Source: Heterostelium pallidum
Lineage: Eukaryota
Direction: 5' to 3'
DNA length: 64,000 bases
NCBI RefSeq assembly: GCF_000004825.1
Contig: NW_008805068.1
Span: forward strand, 1,861,471-1,925,470
Position numbers and translations under genes: made by a program. Shown one piece after another: positions 12,239-26,824 of the stretch. Under the pieces are notes generated by a model. That model searched no databases. It had not been told where the DNA came from and was given only the letters and a program-made list of their open reading frames with translations. Each line of letters opens with the position of its first letter. Position 1 is the first letter of the stretch.

Positions 12239-14404
12239 TCATTATTATTACTATTAAACTATGATAAAGAGAATAAAATTTGAAATTTCTATCTCATCTT
12301 TTATCTACATAAATAAAAGATCTTATCACAAGGAATCTTTGTAAATATAATAAGATCTAATAATATCTTAAATAATTAGATTTTGTAAAATTTATTTTGT
12401 AAAAACAAAATAAAAACAATGGTTAAAGTGTAAATTAATATATTAAACAAAAAAGTATCAAGATTAATAACTTGATTATTACAATGATTTTATTTTTACT
12501 TTAAAATAACATTATTTGTATAGTGTTTCGATGTGCTTCTCTAAAATTCTAAAGGATCTACGAGTGTGATAATCACCTTAAAAATGTACAGATTGACAAT
12601 GAATCATAAATCCATTTGAAGATTTATTAATATTCTTTTGAAGATACTACTATTACTAAATATCCATAATTTAAAATAAAGAAAACAATAATATTTGTTT
12701 TTCTATTATTTATTTAAGAGAAGCGAAAATCTAGATTATTATAGTAGCATTGTAAAGGATAGTACAGGATAATGAGGATATCCAATAAGAAAGTTCAATA
12801 AGAAAAGTCAAAGTAATTTAAAAACGAAAAAGTGGATGTGACTACTAACCAAAGTTGGTGAGAACTCATGAAGAGCCACAATGATTGAAATACAATTCAA
12901 TCTAGAGTTATAACAATATTTTTAGACTCTTTTGATTACTGTTTTTTTTTTTTTTTATTAATATTATTTGTACTGTACCGGATATTATTTTTATTTATTT
13001 TATATGTATTTTATTTTTATTATTTTATTTTTGGCGAAGATAGACACAAAAAATTTTTTTTATATTTTTTCTTGTTTATTTTTATGAAAAAATCGATAAA
13101 TCTCGAGTATTTTTGACTCAACCACTCGAATCAATTTTTAGTTTTTTAGGTTCGAAATTTTTGATCATCAAAAATTCCCGTTCTCCATAAAAAAAAAACT
13201 AAAAAATATTAAAAAATAAATAAAATGAAATAAAAAAAAAAAAAGGTTTTTGCGTCACCACTATGAAAAGAGGCTTTGATTCTCTTGTAGTTTGTTTTTT
13301 TTTGTTAACACATAGTAAGCAGAGATATAGAAAGGAAAGAGAAAACATATTCTACAACAAATAAAAAAATAAAAACAAATATCCTATAAAAACAAACAAT
13401 CAAATAAACAATTATAAACAAACACACAAATCATAAAACAAAAAAACCTATAATTATTTAGATATCTATATATATATTAAAATCGATCGTTTTTATAATT
13501 ATATAGCTATCTTTTTAGAAAAAAAAACAAAAAACAAAGTAATTTGGTTTCTCTTTCCTTCTTTCAGAGTTTGCCAATCTTTTTAGTTCGTTCTCTGCTT
13601 CTACTTTGACGTCGCATCATAACAACTCAAAACCCGCTCATCATCAGTTACTACTACTCACTTTCTCACTTTTCTCAAAACAACACAAAAACCGATCCAC
13701 GCTCAACTTTTAATCCTATTTATCTATATAATATTTATAATATAATATATTTATTTAGAGTTAAAGATTAGATTGTCAACATTTCGAGGAGAGATATAGA
13801 ATTTTAAAATAAATAAACAAAAAAGCATCAACATCATCAACAACAACAACTTCATCCATCACCTCTACATCAAATAAAATCTTAACTTACCCACACACCC
13901 ACATTCACACATTGAACAAACAAAGCTCAGTGTCTGACACCCCAACAATCTTCATTCATATTTTTAAAAAAAAAAAGTTAAATAACAACAAACCCACAAA
14001 AAAAAAAAAAAAGAAAGCTCCTAACTAAACTAACTAAAACAAATAACATTAACAATTATTAAAATCTACTGCTATAGAGTTTAATATTTATTCTTGATTA
14101 TTTTATTAGTTATAGACAAACATCATTCATTCACCCACAACCAAAACCAATCACAAAAACAACGAATATAATCATCAATAATTATAAAATTCTATAATTA
14201 AGTCAGTAGTTTTGTATCGACCTTCAGGTTGTTTTAGCAACTTGATTGAATTCCATTTTCACCAATTATTACTTTAAAGTATTTTTTCAAAAAAAAAAAA
14301 AAAACAACTTTATTATAATAATAAAATAACCATATAACAAATAACATAAAATAAAATAACAATACAATCAAATCAATCAAATAATCATAAAATAAATAAT
14401 AATA

Positions 14405-16917
14405 ATGCCATCATCAAGTACAAAAAATAATATTAGTGGTGACAGTTTGTTCCTAAGTAAAGCAATCAATGAATCCTATCATGTTTTAGCGAAGATCGGT
14501 GAAGGTATTTCAGGGTATGTATAAAATGTTTATATTCACTATTCATTTCCATCTGTTATCTTTCTCTCGTCATAGCACCATCAACTTCCAGTTTCACCAC
14601 CAACAACATCAACGCTCGTTAAAAAACAAAAACCAAAAAACACTCAACTCGTTGAAAATTTTTTGTAAATTAAAATCGCTTTTTTTTTTTTTTTGACAAC
14701 TTGGAATTTTTGTTTTTTTATTTTTTCACAAAAAATCATTCAAATAATCAAATGATTATTTTCCGATCTTTGTGTGCACGATTTTTTATTTTAAAATCAT
14801 TTATTTTAAAATAATAATAGTAATTAATAAATTTGGTTTTTTTTTTTAATTTTTAAAAACAAAATAGATCTGTATATCAAGCAATTAAACGTGATACAAA
14901 TGAAATTGTAGCTTTAAAGAATTTCAAAGCTGGATTGGATAGTGATCGTGCGTCCAAGGAAGAGTGCACTTTGCTCATGCAACTGAAGCATATTCCACAT
15001 ATCACTCCAATCATCGACATCATTTCTACGCCCCACGAGTATAATATTGTATTTCCATATTTCGAACATGACCTCTCTGGACTCCTAAGTGAACATCGTT
15101 TCTCAATTCCCCAAGTAAAGTGTTATTTCAAACAATTGCTTCAAGGAATTAATGAGATTCACAAGAGTGGAGTAATGCATCGTGATATCAAAGGTAAATA
15201 ATAGTTTATTATTAATATGGAAATCCAAAAAATAACTAATTTTTTTTTTATTTAATTTTTTTAGCTGCCAATATTTTAGTGAATAACAAAGGATTTTTAT
15301 TCATTGGTGATCTTGGTACTGCTACTTCCTATGTGAAAAGATCGGTGTTCTCCAGTCAGGTTGTCACTCTTTGGTATCGTGCACCAGAGTTGTTACTAGG
15401 CGCCGTCCACTATGGTCCCGAAGTTGACATGTGGTCCATCGGTTGTGTTTTGATTGAATTGGTTACCTCCAGAAATTTCTTGCCAGGCAATAGCGAGCAA
15501 CAGCAGATTGAGGCCATCAGTAAACTCTGTGGAACTCCAACTGAATCGGTATGGCCTGGTGTTTCCTCACTGCCAAACTACAGTTGGTTGCAACCAATCA
15601 ACCAAGTTTACCCAAGTCGCTTGAGAACTGTATTTAAAAAGTATGAATTTGAATTTGATCAACACTGTGATTGTGCACAATTCCCGATTTGTTTTTTACT
15701 AAACATTGTTTCTATTTCAAATTGATTCCACCACTATTTTTCAACAAAACAACAGCTTTACAGATGATTTCATTGAGTTACTCGAAGGATTGCTCACTCT
15801 TAATCCAAAGAAACGTTGGACAGCTGAACAAGCTCTGCGCTCGCCATTCTTTACAAATGAACCATTACCTTTTGAACCAGAGAAAATGCCTGGATATCAA
15901 CCAATTCACGTATTGGAAGCAATTCAAAAGAGAATGCAACAAAAGAATACTCAACCAGCTCCACAACCACAACCAGAGAAACAACAACCACAACAACTAC
16001 AACAAGAGAAACAACAGCCACAACAACAACAACCACAACAAGAGAAACAACAACCACCACAATTACAACAAATTCCACCACTTTTCAAACCAAATCAAAT
16101 CAATATAAATAACCAAAGTATCCGACTACCAACCAACTCAACACCAACTCTTAGCACCAACAAACCATTACCAACCAACCAACAAAAACCAACTCAATTC
16201 CAAAAACCATCTGCCAACGTTAACAAACAATTAACAAACCTGAGTCAAAGCAGTAATAACATTAATATTACCAATAATAACAACGAAATCAAGACAATCA
16301 ACAACAACGAAATTGCAATTAAGAATGCACCACAACAAACTTTAGCTCAAACAAAACCCACAGTATCAACACCAGCACCAACAACCACCGTCGCCACACC
16401 AACTGTTGTTCCAACACCAGCACCAACAACCACCGTCGCCACACCATCTGTTGTTCCACTTGTGAACCAACAACCACCAGTAGTACAACAACAACAAACT
16501 ACTACAACACCAATAGTATCAGTACAAACACCAGAAGATACCACTCAACTACTATCACCAAACAACAACAACAAAACAAACATGTTGAAGAGATCGCTCG
16601 ACTTGGTCAATGACATCAGAAATTATTGTACCAGTGACAGCGATGAAAGTGATTATGAAGAGATTGAATGTGATGAGAGTGATTATTTCAGCGATGACGA
16701 TGACGAAGACGATTTCACTGCCGAAGACGAGAGTGAACTCGAGTTCTACACTATTCGTCAACTTCCAACATTCAGCAACACCGTTGGAATGTTAGCACCA
16801 ACTCCAACCGATGCCTCTGGCAATCCAATCAATCCTTTCTTACAACCACCAAAGAAGCAAAGAACCACCTCTTCGTTTTCTTCGACTCTCAGCAGAATTG
16901 ACATTCCAATTCACTAA
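14405..16917 (+). CDS. CDK-like (CMGC) serine/threonine protein kinase with a ~350-aa Q/P/T-rich C-terminal tail. Exons 14405..14514, 14868..15193, 15265..15640, 15756..16917.
   Basis: Gly-loop LAKIGEGISG|SVYQAIKRDTNEIVALK. HRDIKG|AANILV catalytic loop split by an intron. DLGTA...WYRAPELLLG activation segment, then DMWSIGCVL and LTLNPKKRWTAEQALRSPFF. Introns GTATGT...atag, GTAAAT...tttag and GTATGA...acag keep the frame. The tail contains PQPEKQQPQQ repeats and duplicated PAPTTTVATP(T/S)VVP blocks. Confidence 0.8.
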
Positions 16918-17132
16918 AGGTGGCAGCCTTTCAACCAAAACAATCAAACAAAAACATACCAATATTTTATTGGATGGCGTCAGTATTTAATTCTATTGAT
17001 TCCAACCAGTTTTTTCGAAAATAGAGGAAATAAATAATTATTTATACAATGATTTTTATTGGTTTTTTGTTTTTGCCTGCATTGCTTTTATACACAACAA
17101 GCACTACCGTTGGCCAACAACCGTTCTTTTAT

Positions 17133-19838
17133 TTATTTCAAAGACATTTGATTTATCATTGTCTTTTGTCGTTGCAGTTGATTCATCTCTCGTCTATATT
17201 TCTCTTTGAATTCGATTGCCATTTCAATGGCAGTTCTAAGCTCACCAATTTGGAACGGTTTGGAAATGAACCAATTCATTCCATTATCGAAACAACGCTT
17301 CTTGTCGGTTGACATGGTATTGGCTGTCAATCCACAAATAAAAATTGGAAATCGCATTGGCCATATTTTGGCAGTCTCCATTTGCCTGATGGTATAGGAA
17401 CACCGCAGACCATCGAGTATTGGCATTTGAAAGTCCATGAATATCAAATCGTATTGATGATTCTCTAGGTTCGACAGTACTTCATTTCCATTCGAAGCGA
17501 CATCTGCTTTGATTCCGAGTTTCTCAAGGAATTTGACAGCAACACGCTGGTTGATAACATTGTCTTCCGCTACCAATACTTTAATTTCGCCGTTGGTATA
17601 GATTGTTGATGAATCTGCCACCATAGGATTGGCGTGCTCCTCCATCTCACTTCCAACATTCAGAGGTAGAATGAACCAGAAAGTCGAACCTCCATGCTGA
17701 TTATTGTATACTCCAATCTCACCACGCATCAACTTGACGAGCTTGGCACAAAGATATAGTCCAAGTCCACTTCCACCATATTTTCTGCTGTCAGATGGGT
17801 CCGCCTGTACAAATGCTTCAAAGATTTTCTGGTGTGACTCTGGTGGAACCCCTATTCCGGTGTCTTGCACACGGAAACAAACATTGTATTCGTCGCTCTT
17901 GAAAGTGATCTTCTCTGCATCATCCTCTATCAGATCGATGATGATTTTAACAACTCCTTCCGGTGTGAATTTGATTGCATTACCAGTGAGATTCATCAGT
18001 ACCTGGAGAATACGACCTGTATCTCCAAAGAGAACTGGAGGGACATTGTCCGCCACTTCATATTGCAATCGTAAGTTGTGCTCCTTGGCTTGTGCTGCCA
18101 AGACCTGACAGATCTCATGAGCCATATCTTTCACTCTGAATCCAATGTTCTCGACAACCATCTGATTGGCTTCCAGTTTACTGAGATCTAGAATATCATT
18201 GACCAAACGCAACAAGATATCACCACAGGACTTGACAGACTTGGCCATTTGCTTCTCTTCGGGTGGTAGTGAAAGAGAATCTCTTAAAAGTGTAGCCATT
18301 CCTATCAATCCATTGAGCGGAGTACGAATTTCATGTGACATTGTTGCCAAGAATTCCTGTCTGGCTTGGTATGCCTCGACCGCAGCATCTTTAGCAACCG
18401 TCAGTTGAAGATTCTTTGTCTTGGTCTCGCGGTGTGCTTCATCAATAAAATATTGATAGCACAGAGTGAAAGACATCGTAATCAACACCAGTGTAACATC
18501 AATAATGAAGTTCATGTGAGATCGAATGGTTATCGTTGGAATACCATCTACATATTCATATCCCAAGAGGTTTGCAATGAAGAACAACAATAGAATGATA
18601 AGCACAACGAATGACCACTGAACTGATGCTCTTCTACCAATGACCAAAGCCGATACAATTGGAAGCGTGGACATTAGCAAACGAAGCGTTGACTGATGCC
18701 CACCTGTATAATAGGAATTCATTGTCAGCGCAAAACACAAAGTAAAACAAAGCATATGACCTGGATAATGAGTGGATCCAGTCTTTCGCAGAACGAAAAG
18801 AGATGATGCAGTCATAGGTAAAGATAGTATTGCCATCATCGCCGGTTCTTTCAGTCCGGAAAGTAAAAAGAATATAATCCAAGATGGAATAAAGCTGACA
18901 ACAGTGAAACAAAATCCAATACACAGCTTTGCTTTGTAGAGATCTTGTGATTTAATTTGTTTCTCTCCCAAAATAAACCTGCAAACCGAGTTGAAGCTAT
19001 ATTTAAGTCGAGAGTTTTCTTCGTTCTCCTGGTGATTGCTAATCTGTTGTTCGACCCTGGTGTCTTTCGGAATACTATAGGACTTGAAACAAGGTGATGG
19101 TAAGTGAATTGCTCCACTCTTTAGGAAATGTGATGAATCTGCTGCCGCTGATAAAGATTGTACTGTAGTCGTAGTGGTTGTCGTAGTGGTTGTCGTTTGG
19201 TCAATAATATTAAAATGATTCGTTGAAATATTTGTCGTCGGGTGTGCGTTTAAATTTGATAAAGTTGTAGTGGTCGTAAATGTTTTATGATGTGGTTGTT
19301 TATTCATTGGCTGTGGTTGTTGTGGTTGTTGTTGCTGCTGTTGATTTAAATAATTTACATTGTTGTTTTTATTATGAATATTATGAATAACGTGACTGAC
19401 TTGATTCTTAGGGTTATGAATAATGTCATCTAAAATTGAATTTTGTTGCATTCTTCCATATTGATAATAATCATCTGTTTCATAACAAACTGGAAATAAA
19501 ATAATAATAATTCATTAGAAAAAATAAGATAGTGTTTTAACCATTTTTAAATAGTTACCATTATTCTTTGAAAGAAAGTAATCGTAGATGGAATTATAGA
19601 ATATCTTGAAACTTGATTTGATAGAGTTGTATAATTCTGATGATTTCGAGGGCTGTATTGATTTGGTTGGGCATTGCGTTGAGTATTGATATCCAGTCAT
19701 ATCAGAAGGTGAGTTGAATAGATTGATTACATGTGTTGGTTTCGATGGGAGAAATGAAGAGAATGGCGATAGATTGGTTTGTTGAGGTGAAGTAGTCTGA
19801 GAACCATAATTTCTTTTATAAGGCATCGTTGGTTTCAT
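17133..19838 (-). CDS. Hybrid sensor histidine kinase (Dictyostelium Dhk family): N-terminal region, about 6 TM helices, HisKA, HATPase_c and a C-terminal receiver. Exons 19559..19838 and 17133..19489, with a 69-bp intron at 19490..19558.
   Basis: H-box MSHEIRTPLNGLIGMATLL. N-box LMNLTGNAIKFT. G1 QDTGIGV. G2 GGSGLGLYLCAKLVKLMRGEIGV. Receiver KVLVAEDNVINQRVAVKFLEKLGIKADVASNGNEV...DLIFMDFQMPILDGL. Hydrophobic segments (LCIGFCFTVVSFIPSWIIFFLLSGL, etc.) lie upstream of the H-box. The upstream exon MKPTMPYKRNYGSQ... joins in frame through GTAACT...atttccag. Confidence 0.85.
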
Positions 19839-21905
19839 TGTTCAACATCAACTTAGTTGGTGTCATAAAACTGTAACTGTTACTACTTTTATTATTAGTG
19901 TGTGTAATCTGGTTTTAAAGTTTAACTTTATTAAAAATAATCTATGAATTGACTAAACATTTGAATTTAATAAAGTTATCTAAATTTATTATTTTGTTTT
20001 GGTTTAACTTTTGTAGTTTGGTTAGTTATAATTTGGAAGAGTTTAACAATAAGTTTGTTTGTTTGTTTGTTTTTGTTTTTGTTTTTGTTTTGTTTTTTAT
20101 TTCAAAAATCTATTTAGTCAAGGTTATATTGATCAAAATCTGAATCAACATTGTGATTGAGTGTGTGTGTGTTTAATAAACCACTCAATCTATTAAAAAC
20201 ACCTTAGCTAAAGTGGTCTTTGAAATATAGTACCCACATATATAGTGCAAGTACCACAAATTATCAAAGAAAATTTTGAAATTCATCAGATGACCATTTT
20301 TTTTAATCTTTTTGGTGCTTACCTTTTTTAAACTTTTGACAAATGATCAGATTAAAACTGACACAAAAAAGATTGATTAAAATAAATATTGAAAGAAAAA
20401 AAAAAGATTTCTAAACTGTTATTATTACTATAGTGATTTTAAAATTATAAAATTTCTATGTATGTTGGGTTGCTGGAAATTAATTATTTATCTTTTTTCT
20501 ATACTCTTACTTTATTAACTTTTTACTGAAAATTAATTTAATTTTTATTTATTTATTTAGAAAAGTTGTTGTTGTTGTTGGTTATTTTGGAAAAACAATA
20601 TTATTGTTCAAAATGCAAAAGAGTTTGATAAATCTTAAAAAGAGTGATAGGATAATTAGAAAAAAGAATATAAAAAAATAAACATTAACTAAACCAAGTT
20701 AATTTAAATGAATTAAACAAAGCTTGATTAAATTAATTTAGAGAGGTGTGTGTGTGTTTAGTGGTGGTTTTAATTAAAAAAAAATCAATATAATTGGAGT
20801 GATAAGTTTTGATTTTAATATGATGATGTTATTTATGCAAAGTAGTACTTTTTTAACAATATAAACTCTTATTGCTATTTAAAACAATAAATAAATAAAT
20901 TTATTGATTCATTAATTCATACAATCGAATTAAATTGAATTCTGAATTCATTTCATTTCATTAGATTACACAACAATATTATTATTTTTATATAAAAATT
21001 TCCATACATTTTTTTTTTTTCAGCACGCACCAAGCAGCTGCTTTGACAAACAAACTGACCTTTATGTCAGTGCAAAAAAAAAAAAATAACATATTTGTTT
21101 AATTTTTAAAAAAACTACTACCAAAAATAAAATTAATAAATCCTTTTCCACCAATTGACAATTAAATTTACCAACCAAAAAAGGGGTGAGCACACACGTG
21201 TGGTTTTGAAAAAGAAAAACAACAATGTAAGATTATATTACTGTATTGGGTGGGTGCTCTATCGGTGTCTCTATATTTTGATATCAAAATAGTTTAATGC
21301 TGATTCATCTATCAATGCTAGTATTATCTTTCTTTGGATCTACCTAAAATAACCTTGTTTTGGACTTTGAACTTGTAGATCAATGTAAAAACAATAATAT
21401 AGGAACAACAACAACAATAACCAAATAAATAAATATAAAACAATCATAACACCATACCACTTTTGATTATTAATTAGAATTATCTTTTTACATATCTATC
21501 ATTCATTTATCTCTACTGCTACTACAATCATATAATATAAAAAGCAAACAGTTAATTAACCACACACACCAATATTGCATAATTAATTAAGCTTTATTTT
21601 TTATGTGTGTGATAAAAAATTAAGATAATCTTGGTTTTTTCTGCAAAAAAAAATAATAAAAATAAATGGGAATGAATGTTTTTTCAATAGCAATAACAGC
21701 AGCATCAGCATAGCATCAATATATCTATCAGTCAGTCATCCATAAATAAATAGATTCAATATCTATCAATCGCCTAAATTTTATTTATTTATTTTAAAAA
21801 GAGTCAAAAGATTATTTGATCAGCACATATTATAATATAACCTTTCACAGAGTAACAGACAACAACAACAACAACAACAATAACAACTCAGATAGATAAC
21901 TAAAG

Positions 21906-23850
21906 ATGGCTTCAAGAAGTTTCGATGATGATAAACGTTTCATTGAGCGTATTGACAAAGTTAGATATAGAATTAAAAAGGGTTTTGTACCTGATATGAA
22001 TGTATGTTATATTATATCATTTATGTTATCAATCATCAGATCAATTCAAATATAGTGTTTTCGTCAAGATTTAATTAGATGTATAGTTAGAAATGTGTGT
22101 TAGAGAGTGTGTATTATCATGTTTGTGTGTTTGTTCAGTACTCATTTTAGTAATAATAGTGATAGTGGTGGTTGTTATGTATCATGGGGTTGAATAAACT
22201 TTGTTTTTATTATATACAAACTGCTTCTTCTTTTTAATACTATTATGTAGATAAGATTGACAATATCATATTTTCATTAAATTACTTTATATGTATGAAA
22301 AATAGATTTGTAGTAATGAGTTGATATCTACAATCAAAATTGTGTGTTGTTAATTTATTGTTATTTAGCGTAAACACTCAGTTAATCAATGAAATAATTA
22401 ACATATTAACATTCAATTATATTATTAGGTTGATGGTATGATTTATGTGAATGATAGTATTAAAGATTTGATATTTGAAGAGTTAGAACAACATTGTACA
22501 CATGGAAGTGGTGGATTTCTTCCAGCGGTTAAACAGATTGCCAATGTAGCCAGTTTGCCTGGAATCGTTGGCCACTCACTTGGTATGCCAGATATTCACA
22601 GTGGATATGGATTCTCCATTGGAAATGTAGCTGCTTTTGACACAGAGAATCCGAAATCAATCGTTTCACCCGGTGGTGTAGGTTTCGATATTAATTGCGG
22701 TGTTCGTTTGCTCCGTACCAATCTGACAGAGAAAGATATCGATCCCATAAAAGAAACGTTGTGCCAATCGTTGTTTGATCACATTCCAGTCGGTGTGGGA
22801 TCGAAGGGTGTCATCCCGATGGGTACGAAGGCGCTGGATGCAGCATTGGAACTCGGTTTGGATTGGTCGTTGCGTGAGGGATACGCGTGGGTCGAAGACA
22901 AGGAGCATTGCGAGGAGTACGGAAGAATGTTGAATGCCGATCCATCGAAGGTTACGGAGCGTGCAAAGAAGCGTGGACTTCCACAACTCGGAACTCTCGG
23001 TGCCGGTAACCATTATCTTGAGGTACAGGTTGTCGATGAGATTTTCAATCCTTCGGCCGCCAAGAAGATGGGTGTCGACCAAATCGGTCAAATTTGTATT
23101 ATGATTCATTCGGGTAGTCGTGGACTTGGACATCAGGTGGCTACTGACGCGCTCACAGGCATGGAGAAAGCAATGGCAAGAGATAAGATTCAGATCAACG
23201 ATAAACAACTTGCATGTGCACATATCAATTCACAGGAGGGACAGGATTATCTGGCTGGTATGGCTGCTGCTGCCAATTTCGCTTGGGTTAACAGACAGAG
23301 TATGACGTTTTTGGCGAGACAAACCTTTGCCAAAGCATTTAATTCGTCGCCAGACGATCTAGACATGCACGTAATCTATGATGTATCACATAATATCGCG
23401 AAATTCGAGGAACACGTTGTTGATGGCAGACCAAAGAAATTGTTGGTTCACAGGAAGGGTGCAACACGTGCATTCCCACCACACCACCCTTTGATTCCAG
23501 TAGACTATCAATTCACAGGACAACCGGTATTGATCGGTGGAACTATGGGTACCTCCAGTTATGTACTCACCGGTACAGACATTGGAATGCGTGAAACATT
23601 TGGTTCGACATGTCATGGTGCAGGTCGTTCATGCTCAAGAAACAAGTCACGTAATAACCTTTCATATCAAGACGTATTGACAAATCTGAGGGACAAAGGA
23701 ATCAGTATTAGAATTGCATCTCCAAAATTGATTATGGAGGAAGCACCAGAATCTTACAAAGATGTTACTCAAGTCATTGAAACTTGCCACACCGCCGGTA
23801 TCTCACAAAAATCATTTAAATTAAGACCAATTGCTGTAATTAAAGGATAA
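21906..23850 (+). CDS. rtcb: RNA-splicing ligase RtcB homolog (tRNA ligase, HSPC117 family). Exons 21906..22001 and 22429..23850.
   Basis: Exon 1 [32 protein letters not shown], donor GTATGT. Exon 2 [19 protein letters not shown]...[16 protein letters not shown]...GAGNHY...[17 protein letters not shown]...[13 protein letters not shown]...CHGAGR...[10 protein letters not shown]. The match to human RTCB is near-colinear over the full length, including the metal-binding His/Cys residues. Confidence 0.92.
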
Positions 23851-24231
23851 ATACTATAATACCAATTGGTATAATAAAAAAATAACATTTTCATTGTATA
23901 ATTATTAGATGAATATTTTGGAATTATTTGAAATAACTAACGGATTCATCTATTTTAATCTACATGAATAATATTTCTATGATCCTTTTGTTTCAAAAGT
24001 GGCTTCAATTATCAAATGCGAACAACTTTGGAAAAAAAAAAAAAACAATTGTTTTATTATTTTATTTGTTAATTTATAATTATTATTTTGTTGGTTGGTT
24101 GATCAGTTGTTTGATTGATTTGGTTGTTAGTCAAATGTAGTAAACTCTGACTATTGACTATTTATATTTACATTATTGTTTTTTTCTTTTTTCTTTTTTT
24201 AAAAAAAAAAAAGTTTTTGTTATTAAATTTG

Positions 24232-26824
24232 TTACAATGAAGAAGCTGTAATAACTTCCATTTCTAGTTTTGCTAATATAATTTCAAGTTGGTTCATCGT
24301 TTCGATTTGTTCTTTGATATTTCTTTCGTTTACCTCTTGCCACATGTCGTCCTTTTGCTTTATCAGTTGACGGTGAAGACAAGCCAGTTCCTTTTCTAGA
24401 GAGATTGGATTGAGGAGTTCACCCGCCGGACAATTCGCTGGTACCTGAGCCAATGAATCTATAAAACCCCTCATGTTGACCATGTTATCCAATACAAACT
24501 TGTTCATATCACGCATAAAATCCTCCTTGTATTCGCCGAGCTCCACAAGATTCGCCAGATTCTGAAGTGTTTTCGCAATGAGAATGAGTGAACGTGTTGT
24601 CTTTATTCCCGGATGGTCTGGCATCAGCTCAAAGAGCTTCGGTGCCAAAATGGATGGACAGAAAAATCGCAAAAATATGAAACCAGAAACCGCTGTGTAA
24701 CGGGTGACTTCGTCGGCTGGATATCGAAGGTGTACCTTGGTCTGGATGGCTCGGAACACCTCTCGCAGAGGACCGGGACACTGATCTACGGAACTAAAGA
24801 TGGCCTGTGTCATCTTCTTGACCCATGACAACAGATTCTTTGAATTCTTCTTGGCGTCTTCGCCTTTTTCCAACTTGGTTGGATCGATCTCGCACGATTT
24901 CTTCGATGTGTAAATCTTTTTGATGAGTGGACCAATCGTATTGAGCAAATAGGGCAGTCCAACCAGCTTCATATAGAGATCCAGTGATTTGGTAGCAAGC
25001 GAATTGCCTCTGAAAATGATATCGGGATTGTCGGTGGTGTCTATTTCCTGGTCGGTCAGACTCTTCAGCAGATCAACGCATTTATTTGTCTTTTCAAATA
25101 CACGAATCAGATTGTTGGCAATGGCTTCGCGTTGCTTGGAAATATTGCCAAGTATTTGAATACCAACCATCTTTGGATCCTGTATCAACTCCAATAGTGG
25201 AGTGTATGAATCCACCGGCAACACCACCTCCTCAGAGTACTTCAGCTTTAGACGCACGTCACCCAATCGATTCTCTGCTGTCTGACGCGGATACAGACAC
25301 AGCCATATATCCGATGGTTTCTCAGTGTCGATATGAGACGCCATAACAATTCCCTGGCCCAGAATAACTGGCTCCCAGCCCTCGGTAGGACTGAGATTGC
25401 CACCGCCGCCACTTGAACTCAACGAACACGTAGAGGAAGTGTCCGAGAAGGCCGGCGAGTTCATTCCGCTGGCACCACCCGCACTGCCACTTCCGCCACT
25501 CGTTGGTGGACTCTGCGAGCCAACACTCGACTGTGATCTTAGCTTCTCTGGTGACTTTGAAATCAAATGATCCAACGACGTGATAGAACGTGATCTCGAA
25601 TTCTGAGTCAACAATGAATTCTCTGTAAACAGAGGTTTTGGCTCGTAACGCCACAACATGAAATTGATACAATCGATCGACTCTGTCAACTCTCTTGAAA
25701 CACCTGTATTCAACGCAGTATACCATGAAACACCGTCCTCATCAATGATAATATCACCTTTCTTTGAACGAACTGACCAATTTATATAGGGAGTACCAAT
25801 TTCAGCTCCACTCTTTTCTCCATTCGAACTTGATGGCATTAAATTTCTACCATATAAAACTGTTATTTAACAAAAAAAATTAATATTATTCAATAATCAC
25901 ACGCAAATTTGTTGAAATGACTTACCTTTCCATGAAATATGACCTGGTATTGATGGATCTGCTAATGAAATAGGTTTGAAATCAATGAGTATTTGCATTT
26001 GTGGTACTTTCTTTGATGATGTAGGTGGTTGTAGTGGGAACCATAGTTCTCTTTCCTTTTGATCCTTCAGTGTATTGATTGGAATAATAACCTTTCCTAT
26101 AAACTCATCGTTTGTGTATTTCTTGTCGTCAATGATCGATACCACCAATTTCTCTGAACTTGAATCTTGTACTTCGCTAGATATTGTTGTTGTTGTTGTT
26201 GAAATCAATCAGTTATTTATCCCTTTTTTTGGATTTCAAGTAATCAAGTTTAATTTATAAATTATATACATACAGTGAGAACTCTTCACACCAAAATGGA
26301 TTTAATTTCTTTGGAATGGTACGTGTACGATGTTTTTGTTTCTCTAGTTGTACTATGCAGTAGGGATCGGTCGTATCTGAAAAGGTCATGAGATTTGGCG
26401 ATGAAATTTCGGTGAGAAGCGATTGCGCTCTCTTGAATGACTTGTTGTTGTTGTTCTTGGTTTGCTCCTTCTTTCTGAGTCGTGCCTCTGGAAGTCCGCG
26501 TGCCTCAAACACTTTTACAATAATATTACAATCACGTGTTTTATGTTGTTTCAAAAAGTTATCGTGTGGCGATGTCGGTGGTGATACAAAACTTGTTGTT
26601 TGTCTATTAGTATTGCTACTATTACTACCAACTTCATCTTGTCCAACTACAACTACTACATCTGATAATTGTTGTTGTTGTTGTTGTTGTTGTTGTTCTA
26701 AATCAGGTGATGATAATGACGATGGTAATGGTACTGATGGTGATTGCTCTGGTTCTTCTACCAACTCCACTTGATGATCTTTCAAATCGATCAAAGGTTG
26801 CTGCTGTAATGTTAAACTATTCAT
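24232..26824 (-). CDS. Ras GTPase-activating protein with an N-terminal C2 domain (C2GAP-type). Exons 26274..26824, 25926..26176, 24232..25859.
   Basis: The C2 domain is split by an intron: ...CNIIVKVFEARGLPE...DPYCIVQLEKQKHRTRTIPKKLNPFWCEEFS | LEVQDSSSEKLVVSIIDDKKYTNDEFIGKVIIPINTL.... The RasGAP domain carries the FLR signature (...YTAVSGFIFLRFFCPSILAPKLFEL...) and the arginine-finger region IIFRGNSLATKSLD. Junctions GTATGT...tctag and GTAAGT...aacag hold phase (exon lengths 551, 251, 1628). Confidence 0.85.

Noticed and set aside
15851-16081. Antisense poly-V ORF and - strand ORFs at 16347..16761
   Set aside because: Reverse reading of the CAA/ACA-rich tail of the kinase gene. The low-complexity poly-V/T translation is not a real gene.
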